Made by a program: the position numbers and the translations under genes
Shown here: in pieces, positions 16,488-26,141 of the stretch
Position numbering within the stretch: the stretch's first letter is position 1
How the letters are laid out: every line of letters starts with the position of its first letter
The notes under the pieces: generated by a model
What the model saw: only the letters and a program-made list of their open reading frames with translations
What the model was told of the DNA's origin: nothing
Database searches by the model: none
NCBI GenBank assembly: GCA_944329465.1
Contig: CALVII010000002.1
Coordinates: forward strand, 1-53,575
Length of the DNA stretch: 53,575 nucleotides
Origin: an uncultured Bacilli bacterium
Lineage (GTDB): Bacteria > Bacillota_I > Bacilli_A > RF39 > UBA660
Direction of reading: 5' to 3'

Positions 16488-17651
16488 ATGAAGAAGATTA
16501 TGATGGTTATACTTTTAATTTTATTTAATTTTGGATTTGTGTTTAAGGTTAATGCAGAGGATTTAAAACTAGCTGAGAATGCTAAATCGGCTATATTAAT
16601 TGAGGCTAGTACTGGTAAAATTTTATTTGAAAAAAATGCCGATGAAAAATTACATCCAGCTAGTATGACTAAAATGATGAGTATGCTTCTAATTATTGAG
16701 GCTATTGAAAACGGAGTAATTAAATGGGATCAGATAGTTACGGTTAGTGAGAATGCTTCTAGTATGGGTGGAAGTCAGATTTTACTTGAAACTGGTGAGA
16801 AAATGAGCGTTCGTGATTTGTTTAAAGGGGTGGCAATTGCTTCTGGAAACGATGCGGTTGTTGCTTTAGCCGAAGCGGTAGCTGGAAACGTTAATAATTT
16901 TGTCAGCATGATGAATAAAAGAGCAAGCGAGCTGGGGCTTACTAATACTAATTTTAAAAATCCACACGGGTTAGATGATGCGAATCATTATTCTAGTAGT
17001 AGAGATATGTCATTGATTGCTAGAGAACTTGTTAAACACAAAGAAGTTTTAGAATATACTAAAATTTATGAGGATTATCTTAGAGAAAACACCGATAGAA
17101 AAATATGGCTAGTTAATACAAATAGATTAGTTAGATTTTATGATGGGGTTGATGGATTAAAAACTGGTTATACAGAGGATGCTGGCTACTGTATGACGGC
17201 AACGGCTGAAAAGAATGGTATGCGAATTATTGCGGTAGTTATGGGCGAAGAGACGAGTAAAATTAGAAATCAAGAAGTTAGTGAGATGTTAGATTATGCT
17301 TTTGCTCAATATAAAGTTATCAATATGCTTAAAAGCAAAGATGCACTTGGTAAATATAGAGTAGAAAATGGTAAGGAAGAATATGTAAAAGTTATGCCTA
17401 AAGGTGAGGCTACAGTTGTTAAAAAGAAAAGTGAGAAAGATGGGAAATTTAGTTATGATATTAAGATAAATTCCTTAAAAGCTCCTTTAAAAGTTGGTGA
17501 TAATGTGGGGGAAATTATAATTAAAGAAAATGACAACAATGTAATGACTTTAAAATTAACTGTCGATAGGAATGTAGAAAAAGCGAATTTTATAGATTTG
17601 TTTTTAAGAAATGTAAAGGATATGATTATTGGCAATATGAGTTTAAAATAA
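16488..17651 (+). CDS. D-alanyl-D-alanine carboxypeptidase (PBP5/DacB-type, S11)
   Basis: Signal peptide, SxxK (PASMTKMM), SxN (ASGNDA), KTG (LKTGYT), and a C-terminal PBP5 beta domain. Confidence 0.9.
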   Translation: MKKIMMVILLILFNFGFVFKVNAEDLKLAENAKSAILIEASTGKILFEKNADEKLHPASMTKMMSMLLIIEAIENGVIKWDQIVTVSENASSMGGSQILLETGEKMSVRDLFKGVAIASGNDAVVALAEAVAGNVNNFVSMMNKRASELGLTNTNFKNPHGLDDANHYSSSRDMSLIARELVKHKEVLEYTKIYEDYLRENTDRKIWLVNTNRLVRFYDGVDGLKTGYTEDAGYCMTATAEKNGMRIIAVVMGEETSKIRNQEVSEMLDYAFAQYKVINMLKSKDALGKYRVENGKEEYVKVMPKGEATVVKKKSEKDGKFSYDIKINSLKAPLKVGDNVGEIIIKENDNNVMTLKLTVDRNVEKANFIDLFLRNVKDMIIGNMSLK

Positions 17652-17696
17652 CTTATATTGTTTTTTTGTGGTAAAATTATAATAAGAGGTGATAGT

Positions 17697-18869
17697 TTGA
17701 AAAATGAAAAAGCAGTTATGATTATATATGCATGTATGAAAATAATTAGTTTGTTTTTGGGTCCGTTTTTGGTTGCATATTTTGTGAGTGTTTCTTTGGA
17801 AAACATATATAGTTTATCTGTTTTTAATATATTTAATTATTTGTTTTTATGTTTGTTTGGTATGATTACAGGATATGTTATTGAAAAGAAAGGAACACTT
17901 TGTGTTTTTAGAATAGGGATTATAATGCGATGTTTATGTGTTTTATTAATCATGGGATTAGGTATTAATATTACTACAAATTATGGGGTGTTATCATTTG
18001 TTTATGGTTTTTCTTCTATGTTTTTAAATTTACCTTTTAATTTATATCATACTGAGGTAGTTCAAAACGTTGAAAGAGCTTCTTTTGAATTTAAATTAAA
18101 TATTATTAAAATTTTTATTTCTGTTTTTATTCCGGTTTTGTTAGGTTTTTTAATTTCTAGTACTAATTATCAACTTACGGCTTCAGTTATATTGATATTT
18201 TCTATTATTCAGATTATAGCTTCTTTTTATTTAAAGCCTCTTCCAAAATCTGATAGGGTTTATGATTTATTTGGTTTTTTAAAAAAATCTTTGAAAGATA
18301 AGCAAAAAAGAGAAATGCTTTATGTAGAGTTTTTAAATGGTTTGATTTTTTCTGATGGGGTTTTAGGAACCATTATAACTATTTTAATCATGATTTCTTT
18401 TAAATCCGAATTTCATTTAGGGGTTATTAATTCTTTTGTATCGTTTATTAGTTTAATTTTCTTATTTATTTATTCAAAATATTATAAAGGAAAAGATGAT
18501 AAAAAGATAATATTATGGTCTGGAATTTTTCTTTTTATAAGTATGATATTATTCTCATTTAATATTTCTCGTTTTACAGTTGTTTTTTATAATGTGATTT
18601 TTGGTATTTTGGGTACAGGTATTTTGACTTTTGTTTATGGAATTAGACTGTTTAATTGGGCTAAAGGGGAAGTAGGCAATAATGGTAAGACAGAATATTG
18701 GTCTATGAGAGAGATTGCTTTAAATATAGGAAGAGTGACCGGCTATTATTTATTACTTATTGTAAGTATTTTTGGGATCGATTGTTTGAAATACCTTTTG
18801 GTCTTTCTTAGTTTTATAGTTTTGGCCTTTTGTTATTTGCTTATGAAAATTGATAAGAATGAATTTTAA
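17697..18869 (+). CDS. Polytopic membrane protein, possibly an MFS-type transporter
   Basis: About 12 hydrophobic segments. TTG start at 17697 follows AGAGGTGAT. The function is not supported by any specific motif. Confidence 0.45.
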   Translation: MKNEKAVMIIYACMKIISLFLGPFLVAYFVSVSLENIYSLSVFNIFNYLFLCLFGMITGYVIEKKGTLCVFRIGIIMRCLCVLLIMGLGINITTNYGVLSFVYGFSSMFLNLPFNLYHTEVVQNVERASFEFKLNIIKIFISVFIPVLLGFLISSTNYQLTASVILIFSIIQIIASFYLKPLPKSDRVYDLFGFLKKSLKDKQKREMLYVEFLNGLIFSDGVLGTIITILIMISFKSEFHLGVINSFVSFISLIFLFIYSKYYKGKDDKKIILWSGIFLFISMILFSFNISRFTVVFYNVIFGILGTGILTFVYGIRLFNWAKGEVGNNGKTEYWSMREIALNIGRVTGYYLLLIVSIFGIDCLKYLLVFLSFIVLAFCYLLMKIDKNEF

Positions 18870-18932
18870 ATCTATTGAAGATAAACTTAAAAATGTGATA
18901 TTATTATATTAGTTATTGGAGGAGGAATAGTT

Positions 18933-19454
18933 ATGGAAGAATATTTGCCAGATATCTATCAAAAAAGTATTTATACAATTGATTATTCGAAGTTACTTAA
19001 TCGTGGAATAAAGTGTATATTATTTGATTTAGATAATACAATAGTTTCTCCTTATTGTAATGAGGCTTCACAAAAAACTAAAGATTTATTCACTAGTTTA
19101 AAGCAAAAGGGTTTTAAAATAATTATTTTTACTAATAGTCCTAGAATTAGATTAAAAGGTTTTATGCGTTTTTTAGGGGTAGATGGTGTATCTAGTGCGT
19201 GCAAACCGTTTACTCATAAACTACGAAAGTTGCTTAATGATTATGGATATTCGGAAAATGAGGTGGCCATTATTGGAGACCAATTAATGACTGATATTAA
19301 GGTTGGTAATAAGGTTGGTATAACTACTGTTTTAGTAAATCCCGTTAGTGAAAAAGATTTTGTTTTAACTAAAATTCATAGGTTTTCTGAAAGAAGAAAA
19401 ATGAAAAAATTAAGAGACCATGATTTGTTTTGGCAAGGAAGATATTATGATTAG
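18933..19454 (+). CDS. yqeG: YqeG family HAD-IIIA phosphatase
   Basis: ILFDLDNTI motif I, IGDQLMTDI motif, 173 aa, directly upstream of yqeH. Confidence 0.85.
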   Translation: MEEYLPDIYQKSIYTIDYSKLLNRGIKCILFDLDNTIVSPYCNEASQKTKDLFTSLKQKGFKIIIFTNSPRIRLKGFMRFLGVDGVSSACKPFTHKLRKLLNDYGYSENEVAIIGDQLMTDIKVGNKVGITTVLVNPVSEKDFVLTKIHRFSERRKMKKLRDHDLFWQGRYYD

Positions 19455-20409
19455 ATGTATTGGTTGTGGGGCTATTTTACAAAATGAATTTCCTTCTAAA
19501 GAAGGGTATACTAAAGATTTTAATAATAAGTTTTGCGAAAGGTGTTTTAATATTAAACACTATAATAAATATTTGAAGGTTCAAGATAAAGACTATACAG
19601 AGGTTATTAACAAAATAGATTTAAAAAAAGACTTAGTTTTATTAGTTACTGATTTTTTAAATTTATATAATTTAGATGATTTAAGAATAGATAGTCCGGT
19701 TATTTTAGTTATGACTAAAGCTGATTTAATTCCTAGAAGTATTAATAAGGAAGGTCTATTAAAAAGGGTAAAGTGTAGATTAAATGTGGTTTCAAAGGTA
19801 CTTATTTCTAGTTTGAATAATTTTAATTTAGATTTACTTTACGAGAAAATTTTAAAGTATAAAAAAAGTAATAATGTTTATGTGGTTGGTTATACTAATG
19901 CGGGTAAATCAACACTTGTAAATAAAATGTTAAAAAATTATGGAGAAGGATTGGGGGAAATTACAACTAGTAATTTACCTTCCACTACTTTGGATTTGAT
20001 TAGTAATAAAGTTAATGACAATCTTACTTTAATCGACACACCGGGACTGTTAGATGATGGTAGTTTGGTTTCTTTAGCTTCTAGTAATGTGCTTAAAAAA
20101 ATTACTCCTAAAAAGGAAATTAGACCAATTAGTTATCAGATTAAGGGAAGACAGTATATATATATTGAGGATTTTATGCGACTTGATTTAGAAGATACTA
20201 ATGTAATTTTTTATATGTCTAGTGGTTTAGAAATAAGAAGAGGTTATAAATATAAAGAACTTTTACTTAAAAGATATGATTTAAAAATAAATTCTAATAA
20301 GGATTTAGTAATCAAAGGACTTGGATTTATTACTTTTAAAAAAGATAGCAATATAACTTTATGGCTTTTAGAAGAAAATAAATATTTAATCAGAGATTCA
20401 ATAATCTGA
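19447..20409 (+). CDS. yqeH: Ribosome biogenesis GTPase YqeH (circularly permuted)
   Basis: CIGCG...CERCF zinc finger. The motif order is permuted: TKAD, then GYTNAGKST, then DTPG. The ATG at 19447 overlaps the yqeG end. Confidence 0.85.
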   Translation: MIRCIGCGAILQNEFPSKEGYTKDFNNKFCERCFNIKHYNKYLKVQDKDYTEVINKIDLKKDLVLLVTDFLNLYNLDDLRIDSPVILVMTKADLIPRSINKEGLLKRVKCRLNVVSKVLISSLNNFNLDLLYEKILKYKKSNNVYVVGYTNAGKSTLVNKMLKNYGEGLGEITTSNLPSTTLDLISNKVNDNLTLIDTPGLLDDGSLVSLASSNVLKKITPKKEIRPISYQIKGRQYIYIEDFMRLDLEDTNVIFYMSSGLEIRRGYKYKELLLKRYDLKINSNKDLVIKGLGFITFKKDSNITLWLLEENKYLIRDSII

Positions 20410-20465
20410 TTTTTTCTTTTATTCTTATTTTTTTTGTGATAGAATTATAATAGGGGATGATAAAT

Positions 20466-22235
20466 ATGCTTGGAACAATAATTGGAATTGAAGAAGATAC
20501 AGTTTTATTAAAATTAGCGATCAATGTTAATGAATTTCAAAGTTTAATTAATTTACATGTGGTTATGGAAGATCCTGATAAAATGCTTGTTGGTGAGATA
20601 GTCGATATTAAAGACGGAATTGCTTATATTAATTTAGTTGGAGAATTAAATGGTAATCAGTTTATATTTGGGGTTATTAGAAAACCTTCATTTGGAGCTA
20701 AAGTTAAATTGATTTCTAAGGAAAAAATTCCAATGATTATAAGTGTAGCCGATTATAAAGAAAGAGAAGATGTTTATATTGGAGAAAGTCCGGTATATCC
20801 TGGTGTGAAAATAGGATTTGATATAAATCAGTTTTTTGCGAATCATTTTGCTATTTTTGGTTCAACTGGAAGTGGTAAATCATGGGGAGTAGCTAAACTA
20901 TTACAAAGTATTTTTGACAAAAAAAGTACGGTTGCTTATAGAGCCAGTATATTTATTTTTGATGCTTATGGAGAATATCATAGTGCTTTTAAAGATATAA
21001 GTAAAAAGGTTCCTGAGCTTAGTTTTAAAGCGTATACAACAAATGTAAATATTAGTGATACGGAAATTTTAAAAATACCTTTATGGTTACTTACTACTGA
21101 TGATTTCGCATTACTTTTAAATGCGGAAAGTCCAACACAGCTTCCAATTATTGAAAAAGCCTTAAAATTAGTAGGATTATTTGTTAGGGATGAAGAAGAG
21201 GTTATTAAACAGAAAAACGATATTATTGCAAGAGCGATATTAGATATTTTATCAAGTGGTAAGAATTCGGCTCAAATTCGTGACCAAGTATTTTCGTTAC
21301 TTTCATATTATCATACGAAAGATTTAAATTTAGAAACGCAAATTTATCAACCGGGTTATGTTAGGAGTTTAAAACAATGTTTGGTTATTGATGCATCTGG
21401 TAAAATTAGGGAAATGGAATTACTTACTAATTTTATGCAGTCCTTTTTAGACGATACTATTGAACTTTCAATGCCGGATGGTTCATTTAAATATGGACTT
21501 AAGGATTTTAGTATGGCTTTAGATTTTGCTTTGCTTTCTGAGGGTGCTTTGAATAGCAATAAAGTATATGATGAAAATAATGTTTTAAAGGTTCGTTTAC
21601 ATACTTTATTGAATGGGGATTATGCGAGATATTTTGAATGTGATAGATATGTGACAAGGGATGAATATATTAAAGAATTACTTGTGGCTTCTAATGGTAG
21701 AAAAGCCCAAATTATTAATTTTAATATAAACTATGTAGACGATAGGTTTGCGAAAATTATTACGAAGATTTATTCTAAATTATTATTTGAATATGCGAAG
21801 AATTTAAAAGAAAGAGCTTCTCTTCCTTTCCACATTATTTTGGAAGAGGCTCATAGATATGTTCAAAATGATAATGATGTTAATTTAATCGGATATAATA
21901 TATTTGATAGAATTACTAAAGAAGGACGTAAATATGGTGTACTTTTGGGTTTGATTTCCCAAAGGCCATCTGATTTATCGGAAACTTCTATTTCACAGTG
22001 TAGTAATTTTCTTATATTTAAGATGTTACACCCTAGGGATATTCAATATATTAGGGATATGGTTCCAAATATAACTAACGAAATTGTTAAAAGACTTAGA
22101 ATTTTACAACCTGGTAATTGTATAGGTTTTGGAAGTGCTTTTCATGTACCTGTTTTAATTAAAATGGACAAACCAGATCCAACTCCTTCTTCAAGCAGTT
22201 GTGATATTTCGGGTAATTGGTTTATCGATAGATAA
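20466..22235 (+). CDS. HerA/FtsK-class P-loop ATPase (DUF87-like), no partner gene adjacent
   Basis: The beta-rich N-terminal ~100 aa look like a HAS barrel. Walker A FGSTGSGKS, Walker B FHIILEEAHRY, and downstream LISQRPSDLSETSISQCSNFLIFKM are typical of HerA-type ATPases. Confidence 0.75.
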   Translation: MLGTIIGIEEDTVLLKLAINVNEFQSLINLHVVMEDPDKMLVGEIVDIKDGIAYINLVGELNGNQFIFGVIRKPSFGAKVKLISKEKIPMIISVADYKEREDVYIGESPVYPGVKIGFDINQFFANHFAIFGSTGSGKSWGVAKLLQSIFDKKSTVAYRASIFIFDAYGEYHSAFKDISKKVPELSFKAYTTNVNISDTEILKIPLWLLTTDDFALLLNAESPTQLPIIEKALKLVGLFVRDEEEVIKQKNDIIARAILDILSSGKNSAQIRDQVFSLLSYYHTKDLNLETQIYQPGYVRSLKQCLVIDASGKIREMELLTNFMQSFLDDTIELSMPDGSFKYGLKDFSMALDFALLSEGALNSNKVYDENNVLKVRLHTLLNGDYARYFECDRYVTRDEYIKELLVASNGRKAQIINFNINYVDDRFAKIITKIYSKLLFEYAKNLKERASLPFHIILEEAHRYVQNDNDVNLIGYNIFDRITKEGRKYGVLLGLISQRPSDLSETSISQCSNFLIFKMLHPRDIQYIRDMVPNITNEIVKRLRILQPGNCIGFGSAFHVPVLIKMDKPDPTPSSSSCDISGNWFIDR

Positions 22236-22280
22236 TATTTTGAAAAAGGAAAAGATAGTATATATGTCGTATGTTATAGT

Positions 22281-22306
22281 GAATAGTTTTGATAACTATT
22301 CTTTTT
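22281..22306 (+). terminator. Terminator after the HerA-like gene
   Basis: GAATAGTT pairs with AACTATTC, followed by TTTTT. Confidence 0.6.
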
Positions 22307-22514
22307 GAAAGGAGAATTTGATAGTTAAGTTATTTGAAAGATAGATTAATGATAATGGTAAATATATTAGTTCTATGTTTGAGTTAAATATAAAAGATAT
22401 ATCCCACGCAACCGTTTTATCAAAGAAAGAAACCAATTTACTTAGAGATTGATCTTTTTTAACGTCTTTTTTATTATTTCATATAATAAAATGAAATAAT
22501 ATGGGGGCGTTTAA

Positions 22515-24551
22515 ATGAGAGTTGGTTTAATAGGAAATCCCAATGTTGGTAAAAGTACGATATTTAATGGTTTAACTGGTATGCGTCAACACACCGGCAA
22601 TTGGCCTGGAAAGACAGTGACGAAAGCTACAGGTTATAAAGTATATAATGGAATGAGTTTACAATTTGAAGATTTACCAGGGACATATTCCCTTTTGGCA
22701 CATTCTAAAGAAGAAGAGGTAACGAGAGATTTTATTTATTTTGAGGATTATGATGCTTTAATTGTGGTTTGTGATGCGACAGCTTTAGAGAGAAATTTGA
22801 ATTTAGTTTTGCAAGTTTTAGAAATTACTGATAAGGTGGTTGTGTGTGTCAATTTATTAGACGAAGCTAAGAAGAAAAAAATAGAGATTGATCTAAAAAA
22901 ATTATCTACATTATTGAAGGTTCCAGTAGTAGGGGTTATCGCAAGAGATAAAAAAGGTTTTAGTGTGTTGCTTGATAAAGTGAGAGATGCCTGCTTAAAG
23001 AAAAATGGGTACATTAAAATTAATTATGATAAATTATTAACTGAAGGTATAGATAAATTAAAAAAGTTTATTCCTAATAATTTAGTTAATAGTGAAAATG
23101 TGATACTTAGATATTTGGCTAGTGATTATAATTTTATAAATGCTTTTGATTTTAAATTTAAAACTAATCTAATGAGAAATTTAGAGGCAAAATATATTAA
23201 GGAAGATATTTTAAATAACCTTAAAAATAAAGGGATTAATTATGACGATATAGAGACTTTGATGATGGAGACAATTAATGATAAAAGTTTTACTATATGT
23301 GAGAAGAGTGTTAAATATAATAAGAACAATTATGATAAAAAAGAGAGAATTATAGATAAATATTTGACAAATAAGATAACTGGTATTCCAATTATGCTTT
23401 GTCTTTTGTTTTTAATTTTATGGATTACTATCACACTGGCGAATATTCCTTCTGATTTTTTATATGAAAAGTTTTTTGCTTTTGAAGATGTTTTATATGA
23501 CTTTTTGATTAATATTCATTTTCCAATTTGGCTTTCAGATGTGCTTGTACACGGAGTATATAGGGTTTTGGCTTGGGTAGTTGCAGTAATGCTTCCACCT
23601 ATGGCTATATTTTTTCCACTTTTTACATTACTTGAAGATTTTGGATTACTTCCAAGAATTGCTTTTAACTTGGATAAATCATTTGAAGGGTGCTTATCAT
23701 GTGGTAAACAGGCTTTAACAATGGTAATGGGTTTTGGATGTAATGCGGTTGGAGTTACGGGAGCTAGGATAATAGATTCTCCTAGAGAACGGTTGATTGC
23801 TATAATCACAAATAGTTTTGTTCCTTGTAATGGTCGTTTTCCTCTTTTGATATCGCTAATTACGATGTTTTTACTTACTAGTAATAGTTCAGGTTTGATG
23901 AGAGCTTTGATTTTACTTATTTTTATATTAATTGGAGTAGTGGTTACTTTTGTTGTTTCTAAAATTTTGTCAAAAACGATATTAAAAGGTGTGCCATCTT
24001 CGTTCACCTTAGAACTTCCACCTTATAGAAGACCTCAAATTGGAAAAGTGTTAATAAGATCACTTATAGATAGAACTTTATTTGTACTAAAAAGAGCTAT
24101 ATTGGTATCGGCTCCAGCGGGTTTAGTGATTTGGCTTTTTTCTAATATTATGGTAAGTGGTAATAGTTTACTTAGAATATTTGCTGATTTTTTAGATCCT
24201 TTTGGGGAATTTATAGGTTTAGATGGGGTAATTATTATGGCTTTTATTTTAGGATTTCCGGCTAATGAAATAGTTATTCCAATTATGATAATGGGATATA
24301 TGTCACTTGGTATGATTACTGATATGAGTGATTTAAATTTACTGAAAGATTTATTTATAAGTAATGGTTGGACTTATGTGACAGCAATTTGTGTAATGTT
24401 ATTTTCACTTTTTCACTTTCCGTGTTTGACGACGCTTTGGACGATTAAAAAAGAAACTGGTAAATGGAAGTGGACTTTTATGTCATTTGTTATACCTTTA
24501 ATTATTGGAATATGTTTATGTTTAATAGTTAAGACTTTATTTAGTTTGTAA
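22515..24551 (+). CDS. feoB: Ferrous iron transporter FeoB
   Basis: G domain (GNPNVGKST, DLPGTYSL), followed by a polytopic permease domain. Size is 678 aa. Confidence 0.95.
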   Translation: MRVGLIGNPNVGKSTIFNGLTGMRQHTGNWPGKTVTKATGYKVYNGMSLQFEDLPGTYSLLAHSKEEEVTRDFIYFEDYDALIVVCDATALERNLNLVLQVLEITDKVVVCVNLLDEAKKKKIEIDLKKLSTLLKVPVVGVIARDKKGFSVLLDKVRDACLKKNGYIKINYDKLLTEGIDKLKKFIPNNLVNSENVILRYLASDYNFINAFDFKFKTNLMRNLEAKYIKEDILNNLKNKGINYDDIETLMMETINDKSFTICEKSVKYNKNNYDKKERIIDKYLTNKITGIPIMLCLLFLILWITITLANIPSDFLYEKFFAFEDVLYDFLINIHFPIWLSDVLVHGVYRVLAWVVAVMLPPMAIFFPLFTLLEDFGLLPRIAFNLDKSFEGCLSCGKQALTMVMGFGCNAVGVTGARIIDSPRERLIAIITNSFVPCNGRFPLLISLITMFLLTSNSSGLMRALILLIFILIGVVVTFVVSKILSKTILKGVPSSFTLELPPYRRPQIGKVLIRSLIDRTLFVLKRAILVSAPAGLVIWLFSNIMVSGNSLLRIFADFLDPFGEFIGLDGVIIMAFILGFPANEIVIPIMIMGYMSLGMITDMSDLNLLKDLFISNGWTYVTAICVMLFSLFHFPCLTTLWTIKKETGKWKWTFMSFVIPLIIGICLCLIVKTLFSL

Positions 24552-24729
24552 GTTTATTTTATAAAATTTATAACCTTTAATTAAAATTTACTAGCTATTT
24601 AAGAGCAATTTGTGGTTAATAAATTTCCAGAGGTTGTAATGCTAGATATTGTTATTTTGTTTATAGATCTAAAATTTGATTATTTGTGTTTTAAGTGATA
24701 TTATAATGTGACTTTAATGGAGGATATAT

Positions 24730-25098
24730 ATGGAAAACATACAAGATTTATATTTAAAATTTGGAAGTTATTTGATAGATATTTTTAATGAGAAAATTGA
24801 TGTTCCTTTAAATTTTAATATAAATATAGAAGGTGTTAATGGTTATATATCGGATGGAAATATGACTATCAGCTATATGCCTATACAAGAAGATGAACAA
24901 ATATATGTTTATAGTGATATGAATGGCATGGTTTGCTTTAATACAAAATCTTTTGATAAGAATTTTATTATTATCGGGACTGTGACATATTATGGGTATG
25001 AAGGATTAAAAAAAGAACCTTTGGAATATATCCAAAGGGTTTTAGGTAAGATTAAAGAAGTTTTTTCGAGAGAAAATGTTAGGAATTTTCACATTTAA
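24730..25098 (+). CDS. Hypothetical protein
   Basis: A 122-aa ORF with SD GGAGGA and no recognisable motif. Confidence 0.5.
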   Translation: MENIQDLYLKFGSYLIDIFNEKIDVPLNFNINIEGVNGYISDGNMTISYMPIQEDEQIYVYSDMNGMVCFNTKSFDKNFIIIGTVTYYGYEGLKKEPLEYIQRVLGKIKEVFSRENVRNFHI

Positions 25099-26020
25099 TT
25101 CCTTGATAGGTATTTCTTATAACCATTTCTTTGTCAATACTATTTAAGACATCTATTTTTTTAGTTGTCCAAAGGGGGGCTATAAGATCTTCTTTCATAG
25201 GGTCTGTTGTTAATCTTTGAATAACTATTTTAGGGTTTAGATATTCTAACTGGTTTATAACGATGTCGATATATTCTTCTTTGGTTAAAATGTGAAAAGG
25301 TTTAATTTTATAATATTTTTCTAATGGGGTGTTTTTTAAAACTGAAAGCATATGAATTTTAATACCATCTATGTTTAATTTATTTAAATATTTGACAGTT
25401 TCAATCATCATCTCTTTGGTTTCACCTGGAAGTCCATTAATAATGTGTACGACGGTGAAGATATTTCTTGACTTTAGTTTTTTTAAAGTTTCTTCAAAAC
25501 ATTTTAAGTCATGACATCTATTAATTATTTTAGATGTTTTTTCGTGGATTGTCTGAAGACCTAGTTCAACTGTTAAAAAGGTTTTTTTATTTAATTTTTC
25601 TAGGTAATCTAAACATTCTTCTTGAATTGAATCTGGTCTTGTAGCTATAGCTAAACCTACAACATTTTTTTGTTTTAATATAGATTCGTATTTTTCTTTT
25701 AGTATATTTACTGGTGCATATGTATTAGTTCTTGCCTGAAAATAACCGATGTATTTGGCATTTGGCCATTTTTTATTCATTACTTTTTTTATTTCATTAA
25801 ATTGTTTAATTAAATTTTCTTTAGGGTTTCCACCATATTCACCACTACCTGATTTTGAACAATAAATGCAGCCATTTTTAGATAAAGTTCCATCAATATT
25901 AGGACAAGTAAAACCGGCGTTTAGGCTTATTTTACATACCTTTTCACCAAATTTTTGCTTATAGAAATAGTCTAAGGTATGATATCTTTTATTACAATTA
26001 GAGTAAGGAAACTTATTCAT
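25079..26020 (-). CDS. TIGR01212-family radical SAM protein (YtqA-like)
   Basis: CPNIDGTLSKNGCIYC cluster motif with preceding ISLNAGFT. I chose the ATG at 26020 behind AAGGTGAT. Confidence 0.85.
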   Translation of the reverse strand: MNKFPYSNCNKRYHTLDYFYKQKFGEKVCKISLNAGFTCPNIDGTLSKNGCIYCSKSGSGEYGGNPKENLIKQFNEIKKVMNKKWPNAKYIGYFQARTNTYAPVNILKEKYESILKQKNVVGLAIATRPDSIQEECLDYLEKLNKKTFLTVELGLQTIHEKTSKIINRCHDLKCFEETLKKLKSRNIFTVVHIINGLPGETKEMMIETVKYLNKLNIDGIKIHMLSVLKNTPLEKYYKIKPFHILTKEEYIDIVINQLEYLNPKIVIQRLTTDPMKEDLIAPLWTTKKIDVLNSIDKEMVIRNTYQGIKCENS

Positions 26021-26141
26021 AAAATCACCTTGATTATTATAACACAAGCTAGTTTGTTTGTGAAAAAATAATGAAAATTATTTAAAAATGCTTTATATTA
26101 CAAGGCTTTTTTGATATAATGCTAGTGGGAGGTAGAGAAAA

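Noticed and set aside
22375-22452. Possible decayed feoA
   Set aside because: The similarity is limited to a few N-terminal residues, and there is no SD. I cannot distinguish it from chance without alignment to related loci. It is kept only as a side note in the feoB finding.
23516-24007. 163-aa antisense ORF inside feoB. The same applies to the other antisense track ORFs: 15..200, 1162..1347, 1570..1812, 9042..9326, 9939..10127, 10454..10831, 11492..11767, 17453..17806, 21356..21559, 22748..23014, 27960..28230, 29767..29949, 32378..32782, 34580..34825, 36402..37005, 38330..38710, 38923..39216, 46064..46375, 49067..49249 and 50935..51138.
   Set aside because: All are nested in, or largely overlap, confidently identified genes on the other strand. 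They lack ribosome-binding sites and give low-complexity translations. They are shadow ORFs, which are common in AT-rich DNA.
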